Part shown: in pieces, positions 1 to 15,407 of the stretch | How the letters are laid out: every line of letters begins with the position of its first letter | Numbering within the stretch: position 1 is the first letter of the stretch | DNA from: Octopus vulgaris | Lineage: Eukaryota | Direction of reading: 5' to 3' | Assembly: GCA_951406725.2 (NCBI GenBank) | Contig: OX597820.1 | Span: forward strand, 53,382,001-53,446,000 | DNA length: 64,000 nt | Notes under the pieces: model-generated | The model's database searches: none | What the model was told of the DNA's origin: nothing | The model's input: only the letters and a program-made list of their open reading frames with translations | Translations under genes and position numbers: made by a program

Positions 1-147
1 TGTTCATTGAGGAAATGGAGCAGACGAAATTTTTAACTAACGATTTGTATTCTCCGGAATAAGCTAAGTGGAAGACAACACCGCAAAAACATACAACAAA
101 AACAACAACAACAACAACATTAATTATACTTACCTACACACCATCAC

Positions 148-227
148 ATATATACATACGTGTACATATATTTATATATATATATATATATCCATACATA
201 CATACATACATACATACATACATACAT

Positions 228-285
<58 letters not shown>
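148..285. repeat. Compound (TACA)n/(TA)n microsatellite
   Basis: Seen directly. Confidence 0.95.
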
Positions 286-288
<3 letters not shown>

Positions 289-817
289 GGTTGTAGGAAT
301 GATAATATAAGACGTGTATTCACAAGACGTATGAAAACGTTTACACCAGCAGTAGTGGATGAGTGAAAGGAATCTCGTCTACCCAACCATTTTAAATCCA
401 TCCCCCCCTGCCAGCACACACGGTCTCTTTCCCCTCTCTCCATCTCCCCCCTCTCTTTCACTCGCACTTTCTCTCTCTCTCTCCCTCACACACACACACA
501 CACGTACGTACGTACGCACACTCACCAGTAGTCACATACGAGTACATACCCATACGCACTTCAGACACAGTTTTGGTACACTCCCACTCATACTTATATA
601 TCCAATAGCATTTTGTTATTTTACGTGCGTTAAAGTTTTGTGAAACTTTATTATTCGCGGTGAATGGACAGTCCTACAGAGATCCGGCAAAGATTTTTAC
701 TATTTGTAATGTGAACTTCTAAGCACTGATAAACTATTACCGGCTATGAAGAGGGAATTCAAAAGATTTATATAAAAGAACCTTCACAAGAATAGGATGA
801 ATATACACTCACAACAG

Positions 818-980
<163 letters not shown>

Positions 981-1215
981 TATGAAGCATTTCCCTTCAT
1001 AAATACGGACAATTTTTTTTAAAAACATATTTGGCACACGTAAAAAAAAAAAAAATCTCGTGCACCTTTAATGAATCCACACTTCTCTTCATGGTCGTGC
1101 AACCGCCTTCACTCATCAGCGTGTGTTGTTTACCTGAACTCTCATCTTCCCCGGTTCAATAAAAGCTGATTTTCTAAAGAAGAAACGGAACACTTTGCAG
1201 TTTATGGCTATGTAG

Positions 1216-2919
<1,704 letters not shown>

Positions 2920-2994
2920 TAAGTGGAGAGTTTTAATTATTTTCAAATTGCAGCATAATAATTTATTTTATAGTTGCCATTACTGTAAATACTG

Positions 2995-3211
2995 TGAAGG
3001 TCGTGGATGAACAGAATTTGTCGGAACGTCGGACAAGCTACCTTGCGACATCTAGTCACGGTTTCTTTCGTCCTCAGTTCAAATCCTTTCATCACTTCGG
3101 AATCGATAAATTAATGCACCAGTCAAGTATTGAAGACAGTAATATCGATAAAAACTGCCCCATAAAATTATTGTCCACTGCCAAGACTTGAAACAATTAT
3201 CATCACCATCA

Positions 3212-3266
<55 letters not shown>

Positions 3267-3325
3267 CCTCCACCTCCTCCTCCTCATCATTATTATTATT
3301 ATCCTCCTCCTCATCATCATCATCC

Positions 3326-3356
<31 letters not shown>

Positions 3357-3415
3357 CATTATTATTGTCATTATAATTATTATTATTATTATTGTTGTTA
3401 TTATTATTATTATTA

Positions 3416-3494
<79 letters not shown>

Positions 3495-3724
3495 GAGTAG
3501 TAGTAGTAGTAGTATTGAAGGCGGTGAGTTGGAAGAATCGTTAGTACGCCGGGCGTAATGCTTAGCGGCATTTCGTCCGTCTCCAGCTTCTGAGTACAAA
3601 TTCTTTGACTTTGACATTCCTCATTTCGGAGTCGGTAAGATAAGTTCCATTCGAGCACAGGGTTCGATGTAATCGACTTAACCACTCCTCCGGGGTTGCA
3701 GGCTTTCTGGTTATAGTAGAAAGG

Positions 3725-3787
<63 letters not shown>

Positions 3788-4290
3788 GTTGTTGTTGTTG
3801 TTTTTGTTGTTGTTGTTGTTGTTGTTGCTGTTGTCATCGAGGCCGTGAGCTGCCGGAATCGTTATCATACCGGACACAATGCTTAACGGCAATTCGTCTA
3901 ACTTTACGTTCTGAGTTCAAATTCTGCTGAGGTTGACTTGACTTTCATCCTCTCAGGGTCGATAAAATAATTACCTACTGAGCAGTGAGGTCGATGTAAT
4001 GGACTAGCTTCCAGCCCCAAACTGTCAGGATAGTTTATATGCTAGAAAGGGTTATTGTTATTATCAAGGCGGCAAGCAGGAAGAATCGTTAGCACGCCAG
4101 TTAAAAGGTTTAGCGGCATTTCTTCCAGTTCCTCACGCCCTGTGTTCACCTGTTACCGAAGTCAATCTTGCCTTTCATTCTTCGGAAAGTAGAATGCTGA
4201 GGCGATAAAACGTGTCCCAGTTGATAATTAAGTTCGACTTAATCGACCTTCTCATCCCCTCATAATTTCTGGCCTTGTGTCAAAGTTGTC
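2995..4290 (+). mobile_element. Head-to-tail array of four SINE family B copies (~2995, 3518, 3838, 4066) separated by (ATT)n/(GTT)n/(AGT)n tracts
   Basis: Each copy matches AAGGCGGCGAGCTGGCAGAATCGTTAGCACGCCGGGC...GAGTTCAAATT...GCCTTTCATCCTTTCGGGGTCGATAAAATAAGTACC...AGAAAGGATTATT, and the copies are followed by ATT-type tails. Confidence 0.8.
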
Positions 4291-4341
4291 TTTGATACAT
4301 GAGGTCCCGCGACCATGTTAGAAAGCACTGTTGATTTCATT

Positions 4342-4758
4342 AAAGGCGGCGAGCTGGCAAAAACGTTAGCACGCCGGGCGAAATGCTTAGCGGTATTTTG
4401 TCTGCCACTACGTTCTAGGTTCAAATTCTGCCGAAGACGACTTTGCCTTTTATCCTTTCGGGATCGATTAAATAAGTACCAGTTACGCACTGGAGTCGAA
4501 ATAATCGACTTAATCCGTTTGTCTGTCCTTGTTTGACTTCTTTGTGTTTAGCCCCTTGTGGGTAGTAAAGAAATAGGCATTTCGTCTACTGCTACGTTCT
4601 GAGTTCAAATTCCGCTGAGGTCGACTTTGCCTTTCATCCTTTCGGGGTCGATTAAATAAGTACCAGTTACGCACTGGGGTCGATATAATCGACTTAGTCC
4701 GTTCATCTGTCCTCTTTTGTCCCTCTGTGTTTAGCCCCTTGTGGGCAGTAAAGAAATA
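4342..4758 (+). mobile_element. Young partially dimeric SINE family B copy with a 22-bp target-site duplication
   Basis: AGAAAGCACTGTTGATTTCATT at 4320-4341 and 4759-4780 flanks the element. The body is internally duplicated (~4391-4577 and ~4578-4758). Confidence 0.9.
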
Positions 4759-5069
4759 AGAAAGCACTGTTGATTTCATTGTTCTTGCTCCTGTTATTTA
4801 GTCCTGGGTCATCTGTCTGTCATTCAAGACGTTCCTTCAGCATCCAACTTGTTTTAACAAGCATAGTGTATCGAGGATAACACTATTTAACCGGGAATTA
4901 AATAAATTTGAAGAGCCCTATGAGATCAAATTTTGGGATTTCAATTTGGAAGCTATTTTTTTTTCTATTTATGTTGAACATTTTTAAAATCATTATTTGC
5001 ACTGTTTTTGTTCGATTTATTGCCCTTAGTGTTAATTTTAATGATTGCTAATGTTAAAGATTGGCCGTA

Positions 5070-5412
5070 TGATTCGGAAGCTCCCTTTGCAACCACGTGG
5101 TTCTGAGTTCAGTCCCACTGCGAGATACCTTGAGCAAATGTCTTCTACTTAAGCTCCGAGACTACTAATGCTTTATGAATAAATTTCTTTAATGGAAACT
5201 GTGTGGAAGCTCGTCATATGTGTGTGTTTCTTTCACCCTCCACTTATCAGTCCGTGTTGGCTTGCTTACGTTCCTGTAACTAAGCGATTCGGCAAAAGCG
5301 ACCAGCCTTAAAAATATGTATTGATGTCCTTGAAAAGATTGAACACTTCAAGGCATTGCTCCAGTGTGTCCGCAGTCTAATGACTGAAACAAGTAAAATA
5401 TTAAAAGCAAAA
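5070..5412 (+). mobile_element. Diverged SINE family A copy
   Basis: GCAACCACGTGGTTCTGAGTTCAGTCCCACTGCG...CCTTGAGCAAATGTCTTCTACT head and GCAGTCTAATGACTGAAACAAGTAAAA tail. Confidence 0.75.
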
Positions 5413-6157
5413 GAAATGGGTCCTTTTATCCAGTAATGGAGACGGGCTGAGTAAAATACAAGGGGCCTTTTTCATTAAAACAAAAAAGAACAAAAAAAAA
5501 TAAGTGTTACTGGAATCGTCCAAGGAACTTCCGACGTCCATTTCAACACTCAGAGGAAATTAGGTAAACTCATTATGTTTGGGCAAAAGCTGTTGTATAG
5601 AAGTCTTTTAATTTTAGGCAATTCATAGCGTTACATACAATGCACATTTTCTTTTTATCATATAGGAGAAATAGTAATGGGGAACCGGTAAAAGGCATAG
5701 ATATAGAAAAACGATTGAGGAACACTGATCTAGAATAGCTAAGCTGATGGTATAAATGAATGGGTAATCTGGGTTCGGCAGTCTCGGAAGACTAACAGAA
5801 GATAAACTCCGATAATAAACCCTTACTGTTTGGGAGTACCTGCGAAGAGATGATGACTAATGGAACTAACACCGACAATAGATCAGGTGAAAAGAGTACT
5901 AATAGCCTATCGACAACCTTCATCCCGAAGATAGCATGAAGATGTGTTCGATTGTGTCTGAGGCCACCGGCAATCCGCTATGAAGATGAGAATACTCATT
6001 CACTCATTCACTCATTCATCCATTAATTCGTTCACTCATTCAGAGAGGGATTTCAATAACATTAGGCGATTATTCTCCAGCAAGTCCAGTGATCGCTAAT
6101 TGGTTCCGTCGTTGATTTGTTCGGAATTATTTACTTCATTAATAAATGGTCTTCTAT

Positions 6158-6580
6158 GAAAATCGTTAGCACGCCGGATAAAATGCTTAGTAGCATTTCG
6201 TCCGTAATTACGGTCTAAATTCAAACTCCACCGAGGCCGAATTTGCCTTTCACCGTTTTGGGGGTCGATAAAATAAGTACCAGTCGAGACCCGAAGGCGG
6301 TGTAATCGACTATCTCTGCTCTCCCCAAATTTCAAGCTTTGCGTCTATCGAAGAAAAAAATATTAATAATGCTTTCAAGACGGCGAGCTAACAGAACTAT
6401 TAATGGAGTTCCCACTTGTGGGGGAGATGAGAGAAAAATTAGTACATCAAACAAAATATTTAGCAGTGTTTGTTTCTTTGTTCTTGCTTTCTGTTACGAG
6501 TTCGAATTCTTCCGAAGTCAAATTCACCTTTTATCCTTCTGGGCTCGATAAAATAATGTACCAGTAAATTAGAGGTCGAT
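6158..6580 (+). mobile_element. Two diverged SINE family B copies
   Basis: AATCGTTAGCACGCCGGATAAAATGCTTAG...GGGGTCGATAAAATAAGTACCAG motifs. Confidence 0.7.
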
Positions 6581-7296
6581 GATATGTTTTTGTGTGGTTA
6601 TTATCATCGTTATTGTTCAAACATTACTATCTTCAACGCATTCCAAACATGATCATTCTATTCATGTTTGTATTATGCCATACCTGTACTCTCGTTTTTT
6701 ATATAAAACAAAACTGGCGTTTGATTTGAGGAAGATTTGGCTGTAGTTTCTAATAAAACAAACGACCACATTTTAGTTCCTTTGTTGCTCGTTATTGCTG
6801 TAGTTTTTAGCTCTATGTCTATCGTGATAGAGAAGAACCTATGATAAATGTCGATCTGTAGGTGATCATCCATTTTTCTGCCTTATTAAGCGTATGGTTT
6901 CAGAAAACGGCGAAGTTGTTGCAAGTTGTTGATATACCTGTGTGTTGTAAAACAGAACTTGTTGATCCATGCAGATAAGATACCAAATCCATGTTTGTGT
7001 AAGTATAAAGATACTAACCCAAACATGGATTCATTTCAATCTAATGAAATTCAGAAAGGTATGAATTACATACAAATTCAGTTTCTCCTCTTTTTAAAGT
7101 TTTATAGAATATACGCTCTGGGAAAATATCATAATCGCCCTTCTCTTCCCCTTCCTCCTCCTTATACTCATCCTCAGCCAAGTTGTCGCCGTTGTGCCAT
7201 CATTGTTATTGTCTTCTTTGTCATTGTCTCCTTCATCTTTACTCACGTCTTCCTTCAACTTCTTCCTCCTCCTCTCATGATAATAATAGTAATAAT

Positions 7297-7907
7297 CCTT
7301 TCTACTATAAGCACAAGGCATGAAATTTTGGGGGAGGGATCAAGTCGATTTCATCCACCCCAGTTCTTGAATGGTAATTATCATATCTATCCCCGAAATG
7401 ATGATAGGCAAAGTCGACTCCGGCGGAATCCGAACTCAGAATGTAAAGACGGACGAAACACATTTTACCCCGCTCGGTAACGATTCGGCCAGCATGCTGT
7501 TTTAATAATGATAATCGTGGTTTCACATTTTGGTACGAGGCCAGCAATTTGTGGTAAAAGGCTATGTCGATTATATCAACCAGAGTGTTCAACTGGTACC
7601 TGTTTTATCCCTCCCGAAAAGATGAAAAGCAAAGTCGACCCCGGCAGAATTTGAAACCAGAACGTAAAGACAGATGAAATGCCACTAAGCATTTTGGCCC
7701 GCATGCTAACGATTCTGCCTGCTCGCCGCCTTAATGATAATAACGAAGATTTGAAATTTTGGCACAAAAGGGGATGAAAGGCAAAGTCGACCTCGGCAGA
7801 ATTTGAACTCAGAACGTAAACACAGACGAAATGTCGCTAAGCATTTTGCCCGGCGTGTTAGGATTCTGCCAGCTCGCGGCCCTAGTAATAATAATAATAA
7901 TAATAAT

Positions 7908-7939
<32 letters not shown>

Positions 7940-8040
7940 ATCTTTTATACAATAGGCACAAGTTCTGAAATGTTGGGGAGGGGTAATAGTCAACTAGATC
8001 GACCCCAATTTTTCACTGGTACATCCGAAATGGTGAAAGG
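7297..8040 (-). mobile_element. Cluster of SINE family B copies and fragments on the minus strand with (AAT)n tails
   Basis: Repeated GAAAGGCAAAGTCGACCTCGGCAGAATTTGAACTCAGAACGTAAA...GCTAAGCATTTTGCCCGGCG (reverse complement of family B). Confidence 0.8.
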
Positions 8041-8047
8041 CCATAGC

Positions 8048-8117
<70 letters not shown>

Positions 8118-10674
8118 TTTTCAGCGGGTTAATGTGAGTCTGTATTGCTGTACATCTTTGCAACTCTAATGTGAGCAGCATTACCTGTTGGCAGGGATGT
8201 TGTAAGTTTGTGTTTGTACACACAATGTGTATCGTATTTTCCTTTTTGTTATTCCTTTTGGTGATACCCGTGTGTTTCGTTTGCTTGCCTTGTAGAATGG
8301 TGAGAACGGATTTTATGAATTACTTTTTTTGTGGAGAGGTGTCTGGTCATCGAACGTGGTGTGTGGGTTGTGTTGTCCTTACCAAAATTATTACAACCGT
8401 GGGCACCTTACTTTATTTCAGACGGCAGGAAGTGATTTGTGGGTGTTGATGTTGTCGCGGTTGTTGTTGTCGTCTCATCTGTGTTGTTGTTGTTGTTGTC
8501 ATTTTCGATTTTTTTTGTTATTGTTGTTGATGTTGTTTACCCCTTAATCTACTCTATTATCAAAGACATATCAGTTTTTTTTCTGTTTTCTCCAGGACAG
8601 TATACGAAGGATCACAAAAAAATCTAACATTTCGTTTTAATAAAAACACTGTAAAATGCAATTTGAGGGGTGAAGGCTGCGACTTAAGAAAGTAGAGCAA
8701 CCAAGTAGCGAGGGGAAATTGTTTAAAACATCAGTTCAATGAGTTTTTATTTATTTTATTTTATCTATTATTTGTTTATTTATCTATCTATTTATTTGTT
8801 TATTTATTTATCTATTTATTGTTGGTTCATCGTGTAAATTCTTATGTTGTAGTGATACGATTTCAGTAACCTTAAATATGAAAGTAAACCTGAGACATAA
8901 TCGATATTTTTAACATAATGGAACAATTTCACATTTTTCTCTTTTTCTTTCTTTTTTTTTTTTTTTGCTCACAAACTTCACTATGGAGCAAAGTTGATGA
9001 CAAAATCGTAAACTTTTAACATGATGAAACTGTTTGTGAAGAAATTTATGCATCAAAATAGAAATAAGAACATTTATAAACTGTGGAACCTCCACATGTC
9101 CCGATAGGTATTATTAATATCACGTTCATACCAAAGTAATAAATCATTATTTTTGATATCATTCGAAATATTTTGTTGTCTACAGTATTAACAATTTATT
9201 ATTACGAAAAATTTCATGTATGGAAGGCCATATGTACACATAATGTTGGTTAAATACAGCTACTATTCCTTTAATAAATACGATTGAATCATACGCGGAT
9301 TTCAAGATATGAACGTCCAATTGCTTAACAACATATTCAATTAGAGGGTATGAGGTTGAGTATTCCAGACATACATACTGTTTTTAAGGTAATTTTTGGA
9401 TAGATTCAGCGTGATACATGTATCATGAGGTTGAACACTGGAATTACGTGAGCTAAAATGTGTTGTTATACGCCTTAATCTTGTCTGTTGTTACCTTTAT
9501 TACTGAAGGTAAGGGGTAATTACGAAAAGATTTGGCGCCTTTGGAGTAATCATATCGATGCTCCTTTCTTGTCGCAATGGTTCCCCGCTTTTTATTTATT
9601 TATATATTTTTTCTGCTACCTTCCAAATAAGGAAGACAGTATTTTGCTGGTCATGATTTCCACCAGATTTAAGATGTCAACCGAAAACCGACGATGGGGC
9701 CTGTACCTAGCCAGTGAATCTACAACGAAATGTAAACCTTATTGTATTGGATAAGGGCATAACACTTTGGAAAATGTGTATCTAGATTTGCACCTCGAAA
9801 GACGACTGGAATTCGTTTAACCATGGATTTGTTTGATAGCAATTGTCTTGAACCTCACTTATTTGAGACGCCAGGGCGTGTTTTGGAGAGCTATAGTCAA
9901 AAGACATTCCAGTAGTGACATACATTACAAGAAAGACAACTAGGTGTTTTCTTTGACATCCAAAAAATTGTGTCTTCCAACTGATCACTAATCAGATAAG
10001 TGATACGAAGTTTCAGTAAAGTTTAACTAAAATTCGTTAATAAAAAAAATCAGGCAATTATTTCAAAACAGCCTATAGTATAGTTTAAAATAGCATTTTA
10101 ATTAAGATTATTTCAAAACTGATTTTCTCACACTACTCGAAAGTTGAAATTAGTACACAGCTGTCAATAAAGGGGACATCATAAGAGCAAATGATATTGT
10201 GCACATGATCGTAAGGTTGTGGTAAGCTCAAGATAGACTTAAATATAGCTGGGCTGCTAATTGAAGATTAGGATAAACGGGCAATCCGTCTTAGTAAATA
10301 CTGAGACAGTGCTATTTATGGGACTTCTATAGTACTGTAGACAGGGTCCCAAAATAGTGAACGAAATATAGGGTTACAGAGAACCTTTATGTTTCAGCTC
10401 ACTCGGAAGGGGTATAAATTCTAAACCCACACTCCCTTCCAGCCGCAACTTCTAAGCCATTAGCATACCTCTACTTTCAAAACCCCATTTCTATCCCTAC
10501 CCACAACACATTGTGTTACACTGATCTCTGTTTATTCTATACTGGAATAATAACAGAAAGCATTAACTTAAATAAATATTACATCACATGTACTTCAACA
10601 TAAATATACAAACACAATTTTTTCATAGATATGTACAAATAAATTTATGGACGTGTATATATATATATATATAT

Positions 10675-11135
10675 AAGAATTTTTTGCATAATGAGATAAA
10701 AAGCCAAGGCTGTGTAGATATTAGAACATTTATAGATAGAAGGTCTTACAGCTGTTTCCAGGATATTTATTACTTGTATCCCTTCATTGGAAAGAGTATG
10801 AGAGGATGGTTAAGAAATAGTTAGTTTAGATAGGAGACAAAATAGAGATTGAGGTGGAGGAAAGAAAATAGATGTAAGATAACTAGGAATATTGAAGTTG
10901 TAGATACACTTTTTAGGCAGAATGGTATATATGTAAGATTCCAATACCTTATGAGTAAAATCCAACAGAATTTAAAATGGGTCTTTCCAAACATAGAGTT
11001 TATACACAATGTAAGATTCCAATACCTTATGAGTGAAACCCAGCAGTATTTAAATTTGGTCATTCCAAGTACAGAAGGCTTCGTGCTGAAGACCTCTTCC
11101 TTACCTCGTGTGGGATAAAATATCTTTGTTTTCTA
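10675..11135 (-). mobile_element. (TA)n-flanked Penelope-like 3' fragment with a degenerate hammerhead and an internal ~78-bp tandem duplication
   Basis: Minus strand CCAATGAAG-GGATA...TATCC-TG-GAAA-CAGCTG-TA at ~10745-10790. TGTAAGATTCCAATACCTTATGAGT is repeated at ~10932 and ~11010. Confidence 0.55.
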
Positions 11136-11519
11136 ATATATATATACTATCTGTCATCTACTTGTTTCAGTTATTAGAACGTGGCCATGCTGGAGACCCA
11201 CCTGGAATAATTCTAGTCAAACGAATTGAGACCAATGAACATATATGTATACGGATTCAATTTAAGATGAAAATTGTCCCAAAAAGAATATTGATATATT
11301 AAAAATACATATAAAAATACATGTAAAAATATATAAATATATGAATATTTAAAATATATATGGACGTATAAATATATGAATAGAAAAACATAGAAATAAT
11401 ATACTGAAATATAGGATTAGAGATAAAAAAAGTTTTTTTTTTTCAAGAATTAAAAATATAATAAAGAGAAAATAATATGCGTCAAAAATAATTTTTGGGT
11501 TCCATATTAAAAGAAAATA

Positions 11520-11606
11520 TTTCTACGGCCGTTTCAGGGGTTCAATCCTCCGAGTAAAAAATGAATCTTAAATAATTCTTTTTCAGAGAACGTCTTCATC
11601 AGAAAA
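11520..11606 (-). ncRNA. Type I hammerhead ribozyme motif (PLE-type, long stem II)
   Basis: Minus strand: TTTT-CTGATGA-AG...(extended imperfect helix)...CT-GAAA-CGGCCG-TA-GAAA. The core is intact, stem III is the palindrome ACGGCCGT, and the cleavage triplet is GUA. Confidence 0.65.
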
Positions 11607-11736
11607 AAATGTGCTGTTTACGATAGAAATGCGTTCAGCTTGTTTTCTGGACAATTTTTATCTTAAATCTTTATAATATATTTGTTCATTGTAGTGTGCC
11701 TGATTTGAACACACACACTTCATTCCATTTATTATG

Positions 11737-11778
<42 letters not shown>

Positions 11779-12651
11779 AACACACATGTATATATATATA
11801 TATGAATATATGAATGCATGTACGTGTGTGTGTGTACTGAATATATGTATGTTTGTCGAAGCGTATTTTTTTCTTTAGGATTAATTAGGCCTCTCTCAAA
11901 ATAAATTACCCCAAGCAATTTACTGGAGAATTAAAATATATATTGAATTAATCTTGCTGTATTCGGTAACGTATCCTGGTCTGAGTCACACCTTGTCGAG
12001 GTCTGACTCAGACCGAAACATTCTGAAGCAGGATATTTTCAACATGTGTGTGTTTGTGCTGTTGTTGTTGTTGTTCGTGGTGGTGGTGGTGGTGGATCTT
12101 GTTGTTGGTGATGGTGGCAACAGAAGTGGTCGAAAAACGGTATGATATTGCTAACACCTGACGGTGGTATCGCAGTCCAGTTACTGAAACTGTAAGGCGG
12201 TTATATATAGTGTTAAGAAAATAGATATAAAGAACAGCAGAGGGAGAACAGAGACGGATAAATTTGCTGTTAGTCTACCACTTGAAGAGAGAAGTAGCCA
12301 GTGAATTAAAAAACTAAAATGTGGGAGGGAAACTAGAGGCTATGTACACACATACACACACATATAAATGTTTGTGTGTGTATGTGTGTGTGTGTGTGTG
12401 TGTGCATCTGAATATGCATACGTAAGTGTCTGTGCCATTGTCAACCCTCAGTTTGGGTTATCGTTTGATCAGAGGTATTCTAACTGTGGTCATAACATTT
12501 CTTTAAGTGTATCTAAGATTACTATTAAGAAAATTTGGTTGCTGCACCTGACAGGTGGTACTATTTACTCGAAACAACATTCAAAATTTCCCTCAGTGTC
12601 TGCCCGATCATGATCGCATGTCTAGGTGTTGTACTTCGAATGATAAACTTT

Positions 12652-12976
12652 CAATGGTTCTCAACCAGAGTCCATGTGGCACCTGAGAGTCCACATAAGA
12701 TTTTTGGGTGTCTACGGAATAAAAAATTAAACTAGAAACCTGAAAAATGTTTGCTTTCGATGTATATATAAGTATGTATTGCAAGACACAAATTTCTTTG
12801 TTTCTTTAACATTTTTCATGGTTCAACCTACACAAGTTAATGTGTGAAAAACAAAATAGGAATTTTGAAGGATGTTTCTATAAAACACATTTTTAAATAT
12901 CAAATGGCTAGTGGACTCTACCAGAAATGATAGTAACCAAAGGGGTCCATTAATTAAAAATGGTTGTGAACCCTCG
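12652..12976. mobile_element. Non-autonomous hAT-like DNA transposon (MITE) remnant
   Basis: Imperfect TIRs CAATGGTTCTCAACC (12652) and GGTTGTGAACCCTCG (12962-12976), resembling hAT/Charlie-type CAGTGGTTCTCAAC termini. Confidence 0.55.
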
Positions 12977-13194
12977 CATTAAATTTCTGAAATGAGAAGT
13001 TTTCATCGTTATTTATTGATATATTGAGACTAGTAGCTTCCTTTTATTTGTTATAGCTCTTGTCACTTCGACCTTCTCAGGTGGTTTTCGGATTTGGTAA
13101 CTTTCTTGGTATTTCAAAGTGTACCTTTTAATAAATACACAAAGTTAAATGGTTTTCATTCCATTCTACATATCAAAGATATTCTCGTATTACA

Positions 13195-13532
13195 TATTGG
13201 TTTCAAATTTTGGTACAAGGCCAGCAATTTCGGAGAAATAGATACTTATTTTATCGACCCCAGTGTTCAACTCATGTTTTATAGACCCCGAAAAGATGAA
13301 AAGAAAATTGGGCCTCGGCGGAATTTGAACTCAAAATGTGAAGACAGACGAATTCTGGTAACACATATTCTTTTCTACTCTAAGTAGTACTTAACTGGTA
13401 CTTAATTTATCACCCCGAAAGGATAAAAGGGAAAATCGACCTCAGCAGAATTTGAACTCAGAACGTAACGGCAGACGAAATACCGCTAAGCATTTCGCCC
13501 GGCGTGCTAACATTTCTGCCAGCTCGCCGCCT
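13195..13532 (-). mobile_element. Two SINE family B copies
   Basis: GAATTTGAACTCAGAACGTAACGGCAGACGAAATACCGCTAAGCATTTCGCCCGGCGTGCTAAC...GCCAGCTCGCCGCCTT. Confidence 0.8.
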
Positions 13533-13844
13533 TTCTGGTATTACATATTATGTCTCAGTCGGGAGATATGAGTATTTCCTGACACGCGGATTGCCCTTAT
13601 GTCCACAACATTTAACATTTAGTCTACCAATGGGAACGTTTATATTCATTATATTACTTGATATTCATAGGAATGGAAGATTATAGTCCTCTTATATATA
13701 AAGGGGACAAGTATATGATATTTTATTTCTGTGTCACGATACAATGTCCCATTTTAAATGCTAACACGAACACACAAATATATGTATGTATGCATATACA
13801 TACATACATACATACATATATATATATATACATGATAGACTGTC

Positions 13845-14105
13845 CCGTCGGAGACGACGTATGAGTGTTCAGCTTTCGCCGAACGGCCTGCACAAATTAT
13901 TTGTTTATAGTGATCAAATATTCGTACAGCACATTAGCTCAGTCTCTCCATCAAATCGACGTTACTTGAGCAGGTGCACTGTGTATTACGCGTCAGGTAT
14001 CGAAATGATCGCAGCGCAACGTGAGATTATGTGTTTTGCTCAAGAACACAATTCACTAAAAGGTCTCGAGATCGTGATTGCAGCCCCCCAATCACTAGGC
14101 CGCGC
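13845..14105 (-). mobile_element. Diverged tRNA-headed SINE related to family D
   Basis: GCAACGTGAGATTATGTGTTTTGCTCAAGAACACAA core resembles the elements at 25545-25840 and 42700-43020. Confidence 0.5.
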
Positions 14106-14135
14106 ACCCAGATATATATATATATTTTTTTTTTT

Positions 14136-14182
<47 letters not shown>

Positions 14183-14184
<2 letters not shown>

Positions 14185-14560
14185 CGCAGGAGTGGCTGTG
14201 TGGTAAGTAGCTTGCTAACCAACCACACGGTTGCGGGTTCAGTCCCACTGCGTGGCATCTTGGGCAAGTGTCTTCTGCTATAGCCCCGGGTCGACCAATG
14301 CCTTGTGAGTGGATTTGGTAGACGGAAACTGAAAGAAGCCTGTCGTGTATATGTATATATATGTATATGTATATGTGTGTGTGTTTGTGTGTCTGTGTTT
14401 GTCCCCCTAGCATTGCTTGACAACCGATGCTGGTGTGTTTAGGTCCCCGTCACTTAGCGGTTCGGCAAAAAGAGACCGATAGAATAAGTACTAAAAGGTG
14501 GTGCTCCAGCATGGCCGCAGTCAAATGACTGAAACAAGTAAAAGAGTAAAAGAGTAAGAG
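14183..14560 (+). mobile_element. Full-length SINE family A (tRNA-like head, CORE-like CTTGGGCAAGT segment, internal TA/TG microsatellite, (AAAAGAGT)n tail)
   Basis: GGCGCAGGAGTGGCTGTGTGGTAAG (A box)...GGGTTCAGTCCC (B box)...CAGCATGGCCGCAGTCAAATGACTGAAACAAGTAAAAGAG; many copies in the window. Confidence 0.9.
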
Positions 14561-14644
14561 TATATATATATATATATATATATATATTTTTTTTGGTGAT
14601 TCAACTCAAGTACTTTATTCAACTGAATCTCAATTTTGAAATGT

Positions 14645-14885
<241 letters not shown>

Positions 14886-15332
14886 TAATAATCCCACTAT
14901 AATATAACATTATAGTAATAGAACCTTTATATTTACTGTAATGGAATGATGCTCATATAAATATTATGCCTCCACCCTGCTGGCACAGTAGTGAATTTAA
15001 GCGTTAGTTAATTTTTAAATACCAAGAGTTTTAGTTTAACCGAAAGCTTGAGATTAATCCCTTCGTCTGATGATTCGTAATAACTTCGTTTAAGCGGAAT
15101 TAGTAGGCGTATCATAAATGGGGAAACTAATAGGAGAATATCTCTAGTATGAATATGAGAATGAGAATGGTTAAGACTTCAGAAATGGATACGTATCGAA
15201 TACCTTTGAATGTTACCAAATTCAACAGTCACGTGAGCAACGTCGAAACTTCGTGACTAAAACCATTGCTCGGGCACAATATATATCAATGTCTAATAAA
15301 GTGTATTGACAGAGTGATGCTTACATCATTTA

Positions 15333-15404
<72 letters not shown>

Positions 15405-15407
<3 letters not shown>

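Noticed and set aside
3518-4758. Regularly recurring repeats that might suggest a CRISPR-like array
   Set aside because: The units are ~200-bp diverged SINE copies separated by microsatellites in eukaryotic DNA, with no cas genes.
11978-12018. GGTCTGAGTCA/TGACTCAGACC hairpin followed by GAAAC
   Set aside because: It is a short local inverted repeat. The core reads TTGTCGA and there is no stem I or stem III.
15067-15073. CTGATGA motif (also at 19333)
   Set aside because: No correctly placed stem II, GAAA, stem III and stem I could be built.
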